Source: Hydrurus foetidus (taxonomy: Eukaryota). Taken from it: a DNA stretch of 63,895 bases. Position numbers and translations under genes: made by a program. This document shows, piece after piece, positions 10,646 to 24,104 of the stretch (its first letter is position 1; each line of letters starts with the position of its first letter). The stretch spans positions 1 to 63,895 of the forward strand of contig UYFQ01000254.1 of assembly GCA_900617105.1 (NCBI GenBank), in the 5' to 3' direction. The notes beneath the pieces were generated by a model. It was not told the DNA's origin. It did not search any database and was given only the letters and a program-made list of their open reading frames with translations.

Positions 10646-13600
10646 TTATCGGTAGTTCGCGATGAATTCGCGTGGTATTAAATGTTTAAGGTTCTTTTTT
10701 ATCAAAAATTCATGTACTTTTTGCGACTTGCGCATATGTGTCCACGGTTCCCAGGTGTTGTGTTCCTGAGTATAGTTGAGCCATTTCACATGAAATGTGA
10801 GTGTTTTGTAAGCTCGAATGTTACCTTTCATTTCTAAAATATCTTCGATGAAGAATTCTAGGTAGTCCCTACGAGCTATGTCGGTTGGGTCTACATGAGT
10901 TGGGTCGAATTGGAAAGGTTTTAATTGTGTCATGTGGTACACTTTTTCTTTATGTGTTATTAGATCGAGTAAAGTATACTCTGCGAAGTTGTGACTGACA
11001 ACTCGCATCGGACCACGCCACAGTGTGTGCATGCGTGTTTCTGGTGTTGTTCGCTGTTGCACAAGTACATATGTATCGACTCCAAATTGTGTGATGTTGG
11101 GTGATTGTTGTGCATTGTGGATGTCGTCTGATTCTTTGAGTAAACGTGCAGTGATTTGGATAAGTTCATCCTGCAACGTCAACATTGTATCTGTTGATTT
11201 CGATAGTGAATGGGATTCCAAATCGATTTCGTCTCGCGGGAGTAGGATATTGGCATCGAGGTCGATAGCGTTGCCATAGATGAGTTGTGCAGGTGATACT
11301 TTCATACGGTCGTTTACAGTTGAATTTAGTATTCTTTGTACGAATGGTAGTATTTCCGCGTAATTTTCCGTTGTTGCGCGTTCGTACGCGTATGCGGTGA
11401 TGTGACGATTTATTTCTTTGTTGATACGTTCGACGATAGCGTTTTCTTCTGAACAGTATGGTAATATTTTGTTGTGGGTTGTACCAACAATTTTCACGAA
11501 CTCATCGATAATGTGAGCGACGAAGTGTGGGCCATTATCTGATCGAAGTATAGATGGTGTGCCGTATCGGCCCACGTGTTCTATGAGTGCTTTGCACGCT
11601 GCTTTAGCTGTTGCATCAGGTGTAGCATAGAGTTCGACAAATCTCGAAAATGTGTCGATCATAACAAGGATGTATCCTTTATCTGGGAATGGTCCGATGA
11701 AGTCAATATTAAGACATTCCATTGGTTTGTATGTTGATGTCGTGTACCTATATGCATTGATGGGATATTTCATAGCCGACATCTTTTGGCAACAAGGACA
11801 ATTTTTAATGAATGTTTTTACTGCGTCACGCATTCCCAACCATATGTTATTTGATTTTTTTAAGTTACGCAGAGTGCGTTGAACACCACCGTGTCCGACT
11901 GTAGTGTTATGACACTTTGCAATTATGTTATATTGCTCTGTCGTCATCGGTTTGTGTGTCAGAATTGCAGCTATTATTCCTGAGGTAGCATTCTGTTTTT
12001 ACATAGGCGAGACATTGCATCGGCAATTTCGTTTTGTTTCCCAGGGATATATCCTATCGTATATTCTAATTCTTGCAGGGCCATACGCCATCTGATGACC
12101 ATTTCGTTCTTGTCTTTTTCAAGGAACGTAAGATTTTTGTGGTCTGTTAGAATAGTGAATTTACGATCTCGTAGCAGTGCGTCGAGATAAGTACAGCAGT
12201 AGTATAGCGCGAAGGCTTCTTTATGTATTACTGACCATTTCAGTTGAGTCTTGGTAAGAGACTTGCTTACGAGAGCGACAAGTTGTTTTTCCCCGTCGAC
12301 TTCTTGATAGAAATAGCCGCCTATACCGTAATCCGAAGCATCGGTCATTAGGGTTATGGGCGCTGTATCGTGTATAAAATATAATAAAGGACTCTGTGCA
12401 ATTAGATCTTTGATCTTTTGGAAAGAGTTCGCAGCGTCATCTGTCCAGATAAGCAATGATTGCTTTTTCGCTGCGTGATCGATCATTTTATGCAGTGGTG
12501 CAACCACGTTAGAGTGATTTGGTACATGATCCCGAAAATAGTTGGTGAGACCAAGAAACGATCTTAGTTCGGTCGTCTTTCTTGGCATAGGAAAGTCGGT
12601 CACACCTCTTATTTTTTTTAGAGCTCATAGTTATACCATCTTTAGATATTTGTTTACCAACATATTCAACTAATTTTACATTTAGTTTAAGCTTTGCAGC
12701 TTTTAGTGATATGTTTTTTTCTTCGAGACGTTGAAACAATATTTCTAAACGTTCGCAGAACTCCTCAAATCCATTACCATAAACGATTATATCGTCGAGG
12801 TATACTTCACAAATGTGATATATTAGTCCCAGAAGGACTATTGTGGCCATCATTTCTTGGAAATATGAGGGAGCTCTTTTGGGTCCGAATGGTAGTCGGG
12901 TAAAGTGGTAAATACCCATAAAGGTGATGAACGCGGTGTACACGCGTGTACTCAGAGTCAGTGGGGCTTGGTGATAACCTGCAGTGAGGTCGATTACACC
13001 GAATGTGTCTGCCTTTTGTGAACCTAATCTCGCTAACATTTGTCTAATATTAGGAATTGGCCAGCTTGCTGACTCTGTTGCATCGTTGAGGTGACGGTAG
13101 TCAATACAGAATCGGTATGAACCGTCTGGCTTAGACGCAAGTGTAACTTGTGAGTAGTATGATGCCTCTGATTTGACTATTATACCCTGTTCTAGCATAG
13201 TATCAACTTGTTTACGGATTTCAATTTGTTTCCGTATTGACGTTGGTCGGGGTGCTACACGATTCCTGAATACTTTCCATTCTGGATCCCGTACGGGTAG
13301 TCCAAACGGTGGAATACGTGCAGGTTCCGGCCCGAGTTTGTTGTTGAAAAGCTTAATGTGTTTGACACAGATTGCTCTTATTTTTACTATTTGGTCAGGG
13401 GTACCATCGATGTGTATTAAATCGATGAGGTACATTTTATCCTCTGTTGGATTGTCTTGGAAAGGAGCGAAGGTATCCTTCGACTTGTAGTCAATCTCTT
13501 CGGGTCCGAAGGGTTGAACCTCCGGGAGTTCTTCACGCTCCCGGAGTAGAGCAGCAACTAGACCACGCGTTTGAGCTGGTGCCTTGGATGAGGGAGTTGG

Positions 13601-16600
13601 AGTAGCTAATTCCGGACTCCTGTCGGTTGTTAAACCTAAATCACTGTGTCGGGGAGGTGACAACAAAACTGCTGCCTCGACCGTAGAGTGCACAGTGAAC
13701 TCATCTAAAACAAGTTGAGCCGCTGCCGCAGCTGAACCTGTGGGACACCCGCATGATGCAGTGCATGTCTTGCTTGTACAAGCACCTCGAGCCACCAGGT
13801 CGTCTTGCCATCGACTGTCTGCGTCTGAGGGTTTTATCCCCTCCTGGCTAGTTATAACCAGAGGTATGTTGTGTGTGTTTTTATTTTGTTGCGTTGTGTC
13901 AGTGTAGGTGACGACATGTTCAGGTTCTGCATATAGCAGCTGTACTGGAATAGTTGTAAGAACGTCCGTTCTCGACTTTTGTAATTGTTTTGACGTCGGA
14001 TGTGGAAGAAGTTCTGTTCCGATTTGATCTACATTTTGGAAGAATTCTGGAAGAATTTTTACCAGGTTGAGATCTTTGATTGTTTTTAATCCGAGGATTA
14101 AATCGACTTTGGAGTCTTCCGCAATTCGGACAGGAAGAGCGAAAGTGTATTTGAGAAAATCTTTTTTAAATGATACAACAATATCAAGCACATGTGTAGA
14201 TTCAATACATTGATTATTTAGACCGGAACACATCCATAAGGGAGTGTCCGTTGTGCGCAAGTGGGGTTCGCCTTGCAGGCCCCGAAGGACTCTACGGTTG
14301 ACTACGTCCCCAACTTGGCATCCGGTGTCGAGTTGTGCGAGAGCGGCCAAGTCGTTACTTGGGCTCGTATTTGTTGGAGGAGGAGGATTTCCCGGAGGTG
14401 TTGTTGTCGTCCCGGCGGTTGTCTTTGTCTTTCGCCGAGTCGCGCGACTCTTCCTTGCGGGAGTTGTCACGGTCGCGATCGTTAGCGCGGTGGTTGGGAC
14501 GGTAACCGGGGATCGGATCTGTGGTAGAGATATTGTTACTTGTAAGTAATCGTCTATGTTTTCAGGTAATATCGCTGATAGTAGTTGTGTCATGTTTGGA
14601 ATTTTCTGACTGTCGTCAGAATGCAATGTATGCGCGTCAGTCAATGACAACTTACTTTTGCCTTTGTATCCGAACTCTTGGCCGGTTTTGTTGTTGACGT
14701 TTCCGCGGCTACGGTTTGCGTCACGATCGGTGTTGCGGTCGTTGGCGTTGTTGTTGTTGCGTTCGTTATCGCGATCGTTGTTGGTACGATCCGACTTCGC
14801 ATTGTTGTTGTTGTTGTTGTTGTTTTTGTTATTGTTGTGTTTGTTTTTGTTGTTGTTGTTTTGGGGTTGTTTCTCTGGACCCTTCCGTGGGATAGATGTA
14901 TGTGGACGCTCCATGATTGATGGTAGTTTTCGTCATTACCCCGTTGAGGTAGACGTTTGGCACGAAGTGAGGGTGGCCGATTCGGCGGAAATCGGCTGAC
15001 TCCGGTGACTGTGACCACGTGGTGTGTGTGTTGTTACAGTGTGTGTTCATGAAGAGTGTACACGTGTAACGATTGTGGCCGACCACCCCACACGTGTGGC
15101 ATGTGTTGGTGGAGCGACTGAGGCCGTTGTGTTCGTAGTCTTGTGAACGTGAGAACATGCTTTTGTATTGGGACTGCGGCACGTACTCGTTGGGTGGTGT
15201 GTCGGCCTGTTCCCTTAGGGTGAGTTTTGTTTTGAAGTGGTATAACAATCCACCCATGTTTTGTGCGTCCTCAACTGTTCGGCGGGATTTCTGTAAACAG
15301 ATGTTGAGGCGCTGAATCATGTCGGGGATGTTATCCTTCTTTTTCCCTTTGATGTATTTTTTTGTTTGGGCCATGAAGTTGTCGGTGAATTTGTTGTTGA
15401 TGGGTAGCTTCTTGTAGAAGATTTTACACATGTCATCATGTGTTGTTGAGTCAATCAGAGAATATTCGCTGTAGTGTCCCAAGATGATGTCTCGGAACTG
15501 CGCGATTGAGGCGTCCTCGAGGGATTCGTCTTGCCAGCAAAATTCGAATTGGAAATTTTTTAAAGATAAATCCAATTCGAATGTTGTCAGCGTACGTTTG
15601 TTATCGTAGTAGATTTTTTTAAGATCTTCTGCGATTTCCTGAAGGGTGAGTGTCCCCGAGGGGAGTTCGGGCCAGGCTTTACACTCAGCTCTGGTGTAAC
15701 CGGTTTCCTTCATGTGTTTGACTAACCGATCTTGGATCGATAGTCTCGCCTCTTTCTCAATGACTTCGTCCCATTTGGATTTAAATCCCGGGCGATATGC
15801 CTGTTGGTAGAAAAGGCGTGCTGCCTTATCCATTCCACCAAACAGGGCTTTTCGGTCCAGGAAGAAAACCTCTCTCATATTAATGAGTGAGGTGGATATT
15901 TCTCGGGCTTCCTTTTGGGGGTCGCGGGACTCGAAGACGAGATCTGTGTCATCTTGTTTGCGTTTTCGAATAGGTTTTTCAGCTGTCGGTTTAGACGCGA
16001 CTGATGTTACCTTTGCTTTTGCTGATGATGTAGATGAGGATGATGATGATTTGTCTTGTTTGGTAGCCCTTGCGGGCTTCTTCTTCGCCAGAGGCTTGAT
16101 AGCCAATGGTTTAGATTTTTAGACTTGACGACAGGGAGTTCGACAGCGTCTGAGTTTGACTTGTCGTCGTCGTTGTCGTCTTCCTCGTTGTCGTCGTTGT
16201 CTTCATCATCATCCTCGCCGTTGTCGTCGGCGTCGTCATTGGTGACGTCGTCGTCGACGTCGTCAGTGTCGCTGTTGTCGTCATCGTCCTCGTCCTCCTC
16301 ATCATCGTCGTCGTCGTCGTCCTCCTCAGACGAGGAGTTGTCGTTCTTTTCCTCCTTCTCCTCTTGCGACTGTTTAACGTCTTGGTTGTTGTTGTCGTCA
16401 TCAAGAGGAGTTGGTGGGGTGACTCGACTGACTGATAGGGGCGTTGGTTTGTGTCGACGGATGCGACGAGGTCCCTCATTTCTTCCTCGTCAGCGCCAAC
16501 TTTGTCTGCCCATTCTTGCAGCTTAGCAATGCGTTCGCGTTCTGCGATGCGCATTTTATTTGCTTCGCGCTTGGTTATCTTGCCGCGAGCGGCTTCGTCT

Positions 16601-16806
16601 TGAAGACGTGTTGGGGTATCTCCGACTCGGATGGCTTCCTTAGCCAGAGCCGCAGTGGATTTTTCGACATTGCGGAGGCGTTCCCGCTCCGCTGCTGCGT
16701 GTTTTTGCCTCGCAGTTTGCGGAAGCTGGCGCTGGTCGGATGGGTTTGAACCCTCAGAGATAGCATCGCTAGAGCTCCGTTTGTTGGCATTTTTGCCTTT
16801 GGCCAT
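10646..16806 (-). pseudogene. Gypsy B gag-pol polyprotein, broken by about five frameshifts
   Basis: CHTCGVVGHNRYTC knuckle, AQLDTG protease, RFCIDYR/YLDD RT, TDASD RNase H, H-H-CPCC and DDE integrase, chromodomain FHVKWLNY..NTWEP. Confidence 0.93.
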
Positions 16807-17358
16807 CTTGAAAAGTCGTCGGCAGTTGGATCGATGGCGCTTCCTGTCTTGGTCAGCAACGGAACTCGGACGCTATGCTAAATGATCAGTAGGATGTGCT
16901 CCTTCGAAAGAACTGTTGGTGGTATGTTGGCGGCTGTAAAAAGTGAAGATTAGATTAAGATGCTTTCCCCCCGATTTCGGGAGAAAATTGATGGAAAGTT
17001 GAATCGGACGGTGGAGCTCGCAGGACACGAAGTTGGGCGCGACGTCTGTAGGCTTTCGTTTACGAACGAATTTGATGTTTTCACTTGCTTACAAGTTACT
17101 CGCTTGCGTTGTCCTTCAAGTTTTGAATGGAGCAACGATTTAAGTCGGAAAAAGTCGTCGAGACGAACTTTTTACTGGAAGCGTTTCAGAGGCTGTCGCT
17201 TTGACAGAGCCTTTGTAGTGTGTTTTTATGATGTTTTCACTTATAAAAGTTACTCGCTTGGTGCGGCACGCCTTTGAAAAGGACGCTGCCGACTTTTTTT
17301 GGATGTTTTTGGAAGCTGGTCTCGTAGAGAGATCCTAGCTGATTCCAAATACCGGTAT

Positions 17359-17574
17359 TGTGGTCTCACTAGGACTCTGGGCTGGAACGGAGGGCTGCTG
17401 GAACGCGGGCGAAGGAAAGGGGGTGATGGGGCTGGTGCTATGGATAGCAAAGTGGTTAGCTTACAGATAAACACAGCAGGTATCATGGCAATGAATCGTG
17501 TGGATCAGATCGTCCTCGATCCGATCCGAACGTACGCCTGTACCCGTACCGCCCGTACGGGTGTACGGGTCACA
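17359..17574 (-). repeat. 5' LTR of Gypsy B
   Basis: Direct repeat of 10147-10362; followed on the minus strand by ATACCGGTATTTGG. Confidence 0.96.
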
Positions 17575-20500
17575 ACAGGAAAATAAAATAGCTGACCCAA
17601 GGTCCCCACTACCTCCTGGCATTTCTGTCATGGAGGGCATCAATCCCTCGACTACAGACTTTCCCCGGCAGGATAACCTGGTAGCTCGAGGTGCTTGTAC
17701 ACACAAGACTTGCAACTCTTCATGCGGGTGTTCTACAAGCTCAGCGACGGCAGTTGCTCAGCTTGCTTCCGATGAGTCCATACTACGCACCACCAATTTG
17801 ACAACACTAGTGTTGCCACTTCCGCGTCAGAATGGATCTGGTGTAAAAACCAAAAGGCGTAAGAGAGTAGCTACTCTTACACCCTCATCCATAACACCAA
17901 CCGAAACGCGTGGTATTGCGGCAGCTCTACTTAGGGAGGAAGACGAAGACCTCCCTGAGGTTCGATCTTTCCGTGATAAGGAAGGGATCGACTACAAGTC
18001 GAAGGATACCTTCGCTCCTTTTCAAGACAATCCAAACGACGATTCGATGTACTTAATTGATTTAATACATATCGATGGTACACCAACTGAGATTGCCGAA
18101 ATTAAAGCGATTTGCATAAAACACAAATCGCTTTTCAAAAACGAGCTGGGTCCAGAACCCGCTCGAATTCCCCCTTTTGATTTCAAAAAAGTAAACATAC
18201 CTCAATGGAAACACTTCCGTAATCGGGGTGCTCCCAGAGTCGCTTCGACTATGAGACAAGAGGAAATCAGGAAACAAATTGTGGCAATGCTCAAAAAGGG
18301 GATAATCAAACCATCCGATGCCCCATATTACTCACAAGTAATACTTGCAATAAAACCAGACGGTTCACTCCGATTCTGCATAGATTATAGGAACCTCAAT
18401 GAGGCAACCGAATCTGCAAGTTGGCTGATCCCAAATATAAAACAAATGTTATATAGACTCGGCGCCCAGCGGCCAAACACATTCGGCGTAATCGACCTTA
18501 CGGCCGGATACCACCAAGCCCCAATAACACTGGCGGCACAAGTATTTACCGCATTTATAACATTTATGGGTATATACCAATTCACACGACTACCATTCGG
18601 TCCCAAGATGGCCCCATCATACTTTCAACAGATGATGGCGTCAATAGTACTACTTGGCCTTATATACAGCATCTGTGAAGTCTATTTAGACGACATCATC
18701 ATATATGCTGATGGACACATACAATTCTGTGAACGTTTAGAAATATTGTTTCAACGTCTAGAAGATAAAAACATTTCACTCAAAGCTGCAAAGCTAAGAC
18801 TTAATGTCAAAGTAGTTGAATATGTTGGTAGACAAATATCTAAGGAAGGTATATCAATGAGCTCCAAAAAGATAACGGGTGTGACTGACTTTCCGATGCC
18901 AAGAAAGACAACTGAACTACGTTCGTTCCTCGGTCTCACCAATTACTTTAGGGATCATGTACCAAATCACTCAAATGTGGTAGCACCGCTACACAAAATG
19001 ATAGATCACGCCGCCAAAAAGCAAACATTGCTTGTCTGGACAGACGAAGCGGCCGACGCGTTTACGTTAGTCAAAGATCTTATCTCCAAGAGTCCCTTAT
19101 TATATTTCATCGACGATGTAGCACCTATTACCCTCATGACAGATGCGTCTGACTACGGTATAGGTGGTTATTTATATCAAGAAGTCGACGGAGTCAAACA
19201 ACTCGTCGCTCTCGTAAGCAAATCTCTTACCAAGACCCAGTTGAAATGGTCCGTAATACAAAAAGAGGCTTACGCCCTTTACTTTTGCTGTGACTATCTC
19301 GACGCCCTGCTACGAGATCGTAAGTTTACTATCCTGACCGATCACAAAAATCTTACTTTCCTGCACAAGGATAAAAATGAGATGGTCGGAAGATGGCGCT
19401 GTGCGCTACAGGAATTAGATTTTACGATAGGGTATATCCCTGGGAAAAATAATGAAGTCGCTGACGCAATGTCACGCCTATGTAAAACAAGATGCCGAAA
19501 CACATCATAACAGCAATCCTTACTTGCAAACCGCTTGCAGCGGAAATATATGCATACTTAATGCGTGTCCACAACTCTACCGTTGGGCACGGAGGATTCA
19601 ATCGCACTTTGCGAAACCTAAAAAAAATAGGGAAAGTATGGGAAGGTATGAGACACAATATAAGAGCATACATTAAACAATGCCCGTGTTGCCAAAAGAT
19701 GTCTGCTGACAAACAAAAACCCGTCACCCATCGTTTCACAACATCAACATATGCACCTATGGAATGCATAAACATAGACTTTATTGGTCCATTCCCGGAT
19801 AAAGGATACATCCTTGTTATGGTAGACACCTTCACAAGGTTTGTCGAACTATCAGCCACAACTGATAATACTGCAAAATCGGCCGTAACAGGCCTAATAG
19901 AACACATCGGTCGCTACGGAGCTCCCAAATTCCTGCGATCCGATAACGGTCCCCATTTCGTGAACAAAATCCTCGAGGAATTTGTAAAAGTTGCCGGCAC
20001 AACACATAACCTTATTCTACCATACTCTTCGCAAGAAAACTCAATAGTCGAGCGTATGAGTAAGGAAATTAACCGACACATTACGGCATTTACATTTGAC
20101 CGTGCAACTACGGAAAACTACCGAGAAATTTTACCGTTCGTACAACGAATTGTAAATACAACATTCAACGTACGAACACAGTCAACAGCAGCGAAGCTAA
20201 TATACGGCAACGCTATTGACCTTGATGCAAACATCCTTCTCCCTCGAGATGAGATAAACTTAGACATGGCTCATGTCACCCATTCTACTGAGAAAATTAT
20301 GCAGATGCAAGATGAACTCATCAGAATCACTGCTGAACTACTCAAAGAAGCGGACTAGAAACGCAAAGCAGGCGGTTCCACCGACTACACAACGTTCGAA
20401 ATCGACTCGTTGGTACTGGTTACCCACCGCACATCAAAACCAACACGCATGCACACTTTATGGAAAGGTCCCATGCAAGTGGTAGCAAACGATCTCGACG

Positions 20501-20874
20501 AGTATACACTACTCGATCTTATTACCAACCGCGAAAAAAGATACCACGTATCAAATATTAAACAATTTGAGTTTGATGCCACGAAGGTCAACCCAACCGA
20601 TATCGCCCGACGAGATTATCTCGAGTTCTTTATCGAAGATATCCTAGCAATGGAAGGGAACATCTGAGTGGTGGGAACATTCAAATTTCACGTCAAGTGG
20701 CTAAATTATCCCCACGACAGAAACACTTGGGAACCGTGGAAAAACATGTGTGACGCTGAAAAAGTACACGAGTTCTTAATTGCTAAAAACCTAAAACACT
20801 TGATTCCAAGTAAATTCGCTGCAAATTATCGTTAACCGATAAATAGTACGAAACACATAGGTTAACAAAAAAAA

Positions 20875-20905
<31 letters not shown>

Positions 20906-21005
20906 ATCCTAGGCTTGAAATAGTAGTTATATGTTAGTATTTAAGCATAGATAAATTTGTTCATGAAAATTTAGTACACCCTTTTTTTCGAGAGAGGGAG
21001 GCCAT

Positions 21006-21222
21006 TGTGACCCGCACAGCTGTACAGCTGTATGGGTACCGGCGTACGTTCGGTTCGGATCGAGGACGATCCGAGCCATCCGATTCATGACTTGCCTATC
21101 TCTATGTTTATCTGCAAGCTAACCACATTCTTTAGCCAACAGCACCAGTTCTACAGCTGCCTTCCTCTTGCCCACGCGCCTCGTCCCATCAGACCCACCG
21201 CTGAGCCCATAGTTAGGCCACA
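21006..21222 (+). repeat. 3' LTR of Gypsy A
   Basis: TGTGACCCG...GGCCACA, homologous to the B LTRs, preceded by a PPT. Confidence 0.92.
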
Positions 21223-21609
21223 GCGGGGATCGAATTTCCAATCTCAAATTCTTCCGAAACTATGGTAGCGGCGTTTGAATTTCTAATCTCGAACTCTTCC
21301 GAAAATATCTTAGCGGCCTTCAGATTTGCAATCTTCAGGACTACAGTTGATACCACGGTGTCGCAGATCTCTGATAAATTGGAGAGAAACTTCATCATGC
21401 TGACAGCTACAATATGCTTGATCATCTACGATGTGAACTGCTGGTAGCTGGTGAATCGCTCAGCAATAATTCTTAATTCTAAATTCTAATCCCCGAATCG
21501 GATAAAAAATTTGAAAAAAATGCTGGTTCTTGAGGCTGGCTTCCAGTGCTGGATTCCTTCCCCGCCGGAACCTTGTACCAGGAACGTGCATATAACGCGC
21601 GTGTGTACT

Positions 21610-22520
21610 CAAGCATATAAAACTGATAATTGTACAATTAATTCTTAACGGAAATCATTTTACAATTAATAATTGCAATTAATAAATCTGAGAAACCAAT
21701 TAATAGATATTGTACACTTAATTGTTGCGGATAATAGATAGAATTAATTGCAGTAATAATTGCTACAGTCAGTTTATTGGTCCAATCAATTGCAATTAAT
21801 TGCAGTATTTATTGTCCCAATTTTTTTTAGGGCGCCATGATCAACGCTCTCACCTGGTCTCGAAGTCTTCGACGATCTCCGATCGTAATCTCCAAAACAT
21901 TGTTTTAGATGAACACTACTGTACTTTACTGCAGTTGTTTTGAACAAGTAATATCAATTGACACTCATTGAATCATCCAATGACACATCATTCATGTGAA
22001 AGATCACACAGAATGGAGACAAACACAGCTATCAGTCGTAATAATACGATTATTATTATATGTTTTACACTTATTTCCATTGACATTTATTTACCTACAC
22101 ACATATTCTCACTGTACAAAAGCTAATAGCTTTTGTAATACATCGAGTTCATCGCCCCCACTTCATAACCATGATCATAATACATATACGTAGCAGTTTT
22201 ATATCACGTTTGATAGTAATGAAACATTTGCCTGAGCTACGGCCAAGTTAGTCAGGAACTTAGCTCGGCCTGGGCAAGTTGGGTAGGCAAGCTCGGCCAC
22301 CACCCCTGCTCAATTATGATAACCCAATTAATTGAAAACAATTAATTGCTAACTATTTAATAACAATTAACTGTATATTACTTACCAATTAATTGGATAT
22401 TACTAAACAATTAATTGGATATGAACATACAATTCATTCTACAGTAATTGGCAGTTTTCAAGACAACAATTGGTCTTTCCGAACAATTAATGATTGCAAT
22501 TGTTGGCGATTATTTATTTG
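21610..22520 (+). mobile_element. hAT-type non-autonomous element, copy 1 (right end missing)
   Basis: Starts CAAGCATATAAAA; CAATTAATTG-rich subtermini; homologous to 32619-33688. Confidence 0.82.
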
Positions 22521-24104
22521 TAGCTGAATCAATGCATCATGGAATGATTGCGGCTTCAAAATTACCCAACGTCGACCAACTCTCTCCTTTTGCTAGACTA
22601 GCCTATGAATGCCTTTCGTCCCCGTTGAAATATAGTACCCCCATCGGATTTAAGTTATTTTTGTTGATATGGGTATAGAAAGGTTAGGGGTGCAGATTTT
22701 ATAAGAAAATAAGTATGAGTAGATTAGCAGTATAGGGCATCTTATATTCCATTCCACAATGTCGTTATATCCGTTCACATTTGTGCTAGTCTCTAATCCT
22801 AATTGTCTTATTTTCTGCTCTCGTTGTAACTTAGTAACCCTTCTTACTTCTTACCAACTATTACCCTCCCTATCGGACAGCAAAATCCCGTACATAAACC
22901 TTACATTTTCAAGACTTGTTGCGGTTGACAAGTTAGAGACGTACATATTATGCAGTGGACAACCACTCAATTTAACAGTAACATCTCAAAGTTGCCAACA
23001 TCAGCAGCCACTCGATGGTCGGGTGGGAAGAGTTACAGAGGGTTTTAAGAACAGATCTGGGATCATATGTTATACGGTATTTTCGCTGGTGCGTCTTCTT
23101 CTGAAACTCAACTGTAACAGATATAACAGAACTCGCGGGGTCTCCAAACTCAACTACAACGTTTCCAGCGCTCATACTCCGCGTTTGGAGTCGGTAGTTG
23201 CTTCTTCTGTCGGTATCATTGAATCATTTCATCATCGGAGATGCTCCTTAGCGAAACCTTGTACTCAATTTCATCCGTCACTCTCGTCGGGAGCTTCGTT
23301 ATCTTTTTCTGGGTCGTGATGTGGAAGTATGTTTTTGAGCCGAACCCTCTGGTAAGGGATTTCTTCGACTTAGATCGGAAACCGAAAGTGGAAGTGAGCC
23401 CGAAAAATAAATAAGTTTCAGATGAAACACATAGTCGAAGGCATTTTCTGTTTTGTCTGGTGACGTTATCTTTGAGCTTCACGGAATTTATGATCGGCGA
23501 GGAGAGCAACATTAATTCAGAGGACGCAGAAAGCTTCTGTGACATATTAAAGGGCTCTTTTCGTTATATCCTCACGATAATCTTTACGATCACTACAAGG
23601 CAATATCTAATTTCTCGGACAGAATCTCTTACCCCGCGCCACAGACATTAGCTTGCGAAGATTGCAGCTGAATAGGATCTGCTCTTTTAAAGCTTTTGCT
23701 GTTGAGCTCTTGCTCAACAATGACGCGAAAGTCGCCATTTAGGATGATTGAGCGAGGGGGATCCATAACTGTAGAAGCGATGCCTTCCTTTTTTGGCCGT
23801 CGTTACATTCATTGCGAATCAAACCTGTTCTAGGGATTGGAACAACACATTCTAACAGACTATTGTTACGACTTTTGACAATCTCTCTAAACCTTACTGT
23901 TTTTGCCGATATTCAACGCAATAGTTCTCGAGATACGTAACATGAGGAGTATTACTCAGATCGGTGCTTCTTAACCTTAATTCATTGGAGATAAAAATTG
24001 GTCATAATGTAAATAGATACCAGCAGCTCCTGCTGTGCTCACTGAATTTAACCACAAACTGTTATGTACACTGTTGTAAGAAACTGAACCATCTTCGTAA
24101 CCCA

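Larger units (their letters stand above)
10147..17574 (-). mobile_element. Full-length chromodomain Gypsy LTR retrotransposon B
   Basis: 216-bp LTRs 10147-10362 and 17359-17574 (TG...CA, 2 differences seen), 4-bp TSD ACAG, PPT AGATAGAGAGGGG, gag-PR-RT-RH-IN-chromodomain order. Confidence 0.96.
7940..21222 (+). mobile_element. Chromodomain Gypsy LTR retrotransposon A (5'-truncated, decayed), split by nested element B
   Basis: gag with CHTCGKKEHNRYEC knuckle (~8945), protease AQIDTG (9616-), RT YLDD and RNase H (17579-19510), integrase plus chromodomain (19492-20835), PPT GAGAGAGGGAG, 3' LTR 21006-21222; frame restored in phase (QQ|ENK) when B is removed. Confidence 0.92.

Noticed and set aside
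16056..16526. Poly-Ser and poly-Thr ORFs
   Set aside because: Alternative-frame or antisense readings of the acidic GAC/GAT tract in Gypsy B gag
17299..17586. ORFs reading CGLTRTLGWNGGLL... (also at 10145-10380 and 45121-45429)
   Set aside because: Antisense read-through of the Gypsy LTRs
21224..21495. Imperfect IR (CGGGGAT.GAATTT) with an internal tandem duplication
   Set aside because: Too degenerate and no TSD; cannot be called as an element
21610..22520. CAATTAATTG-type repeats as a CRISPR-like array
   Set aside because: Irregular spacing, no unique spacers; they are subterminal repeats of the hAT-type element
22759..23900. Fragmented ORFs suggesting a decayed gene
   Set aside because: No recognisable motif and many stops; no product can be supported
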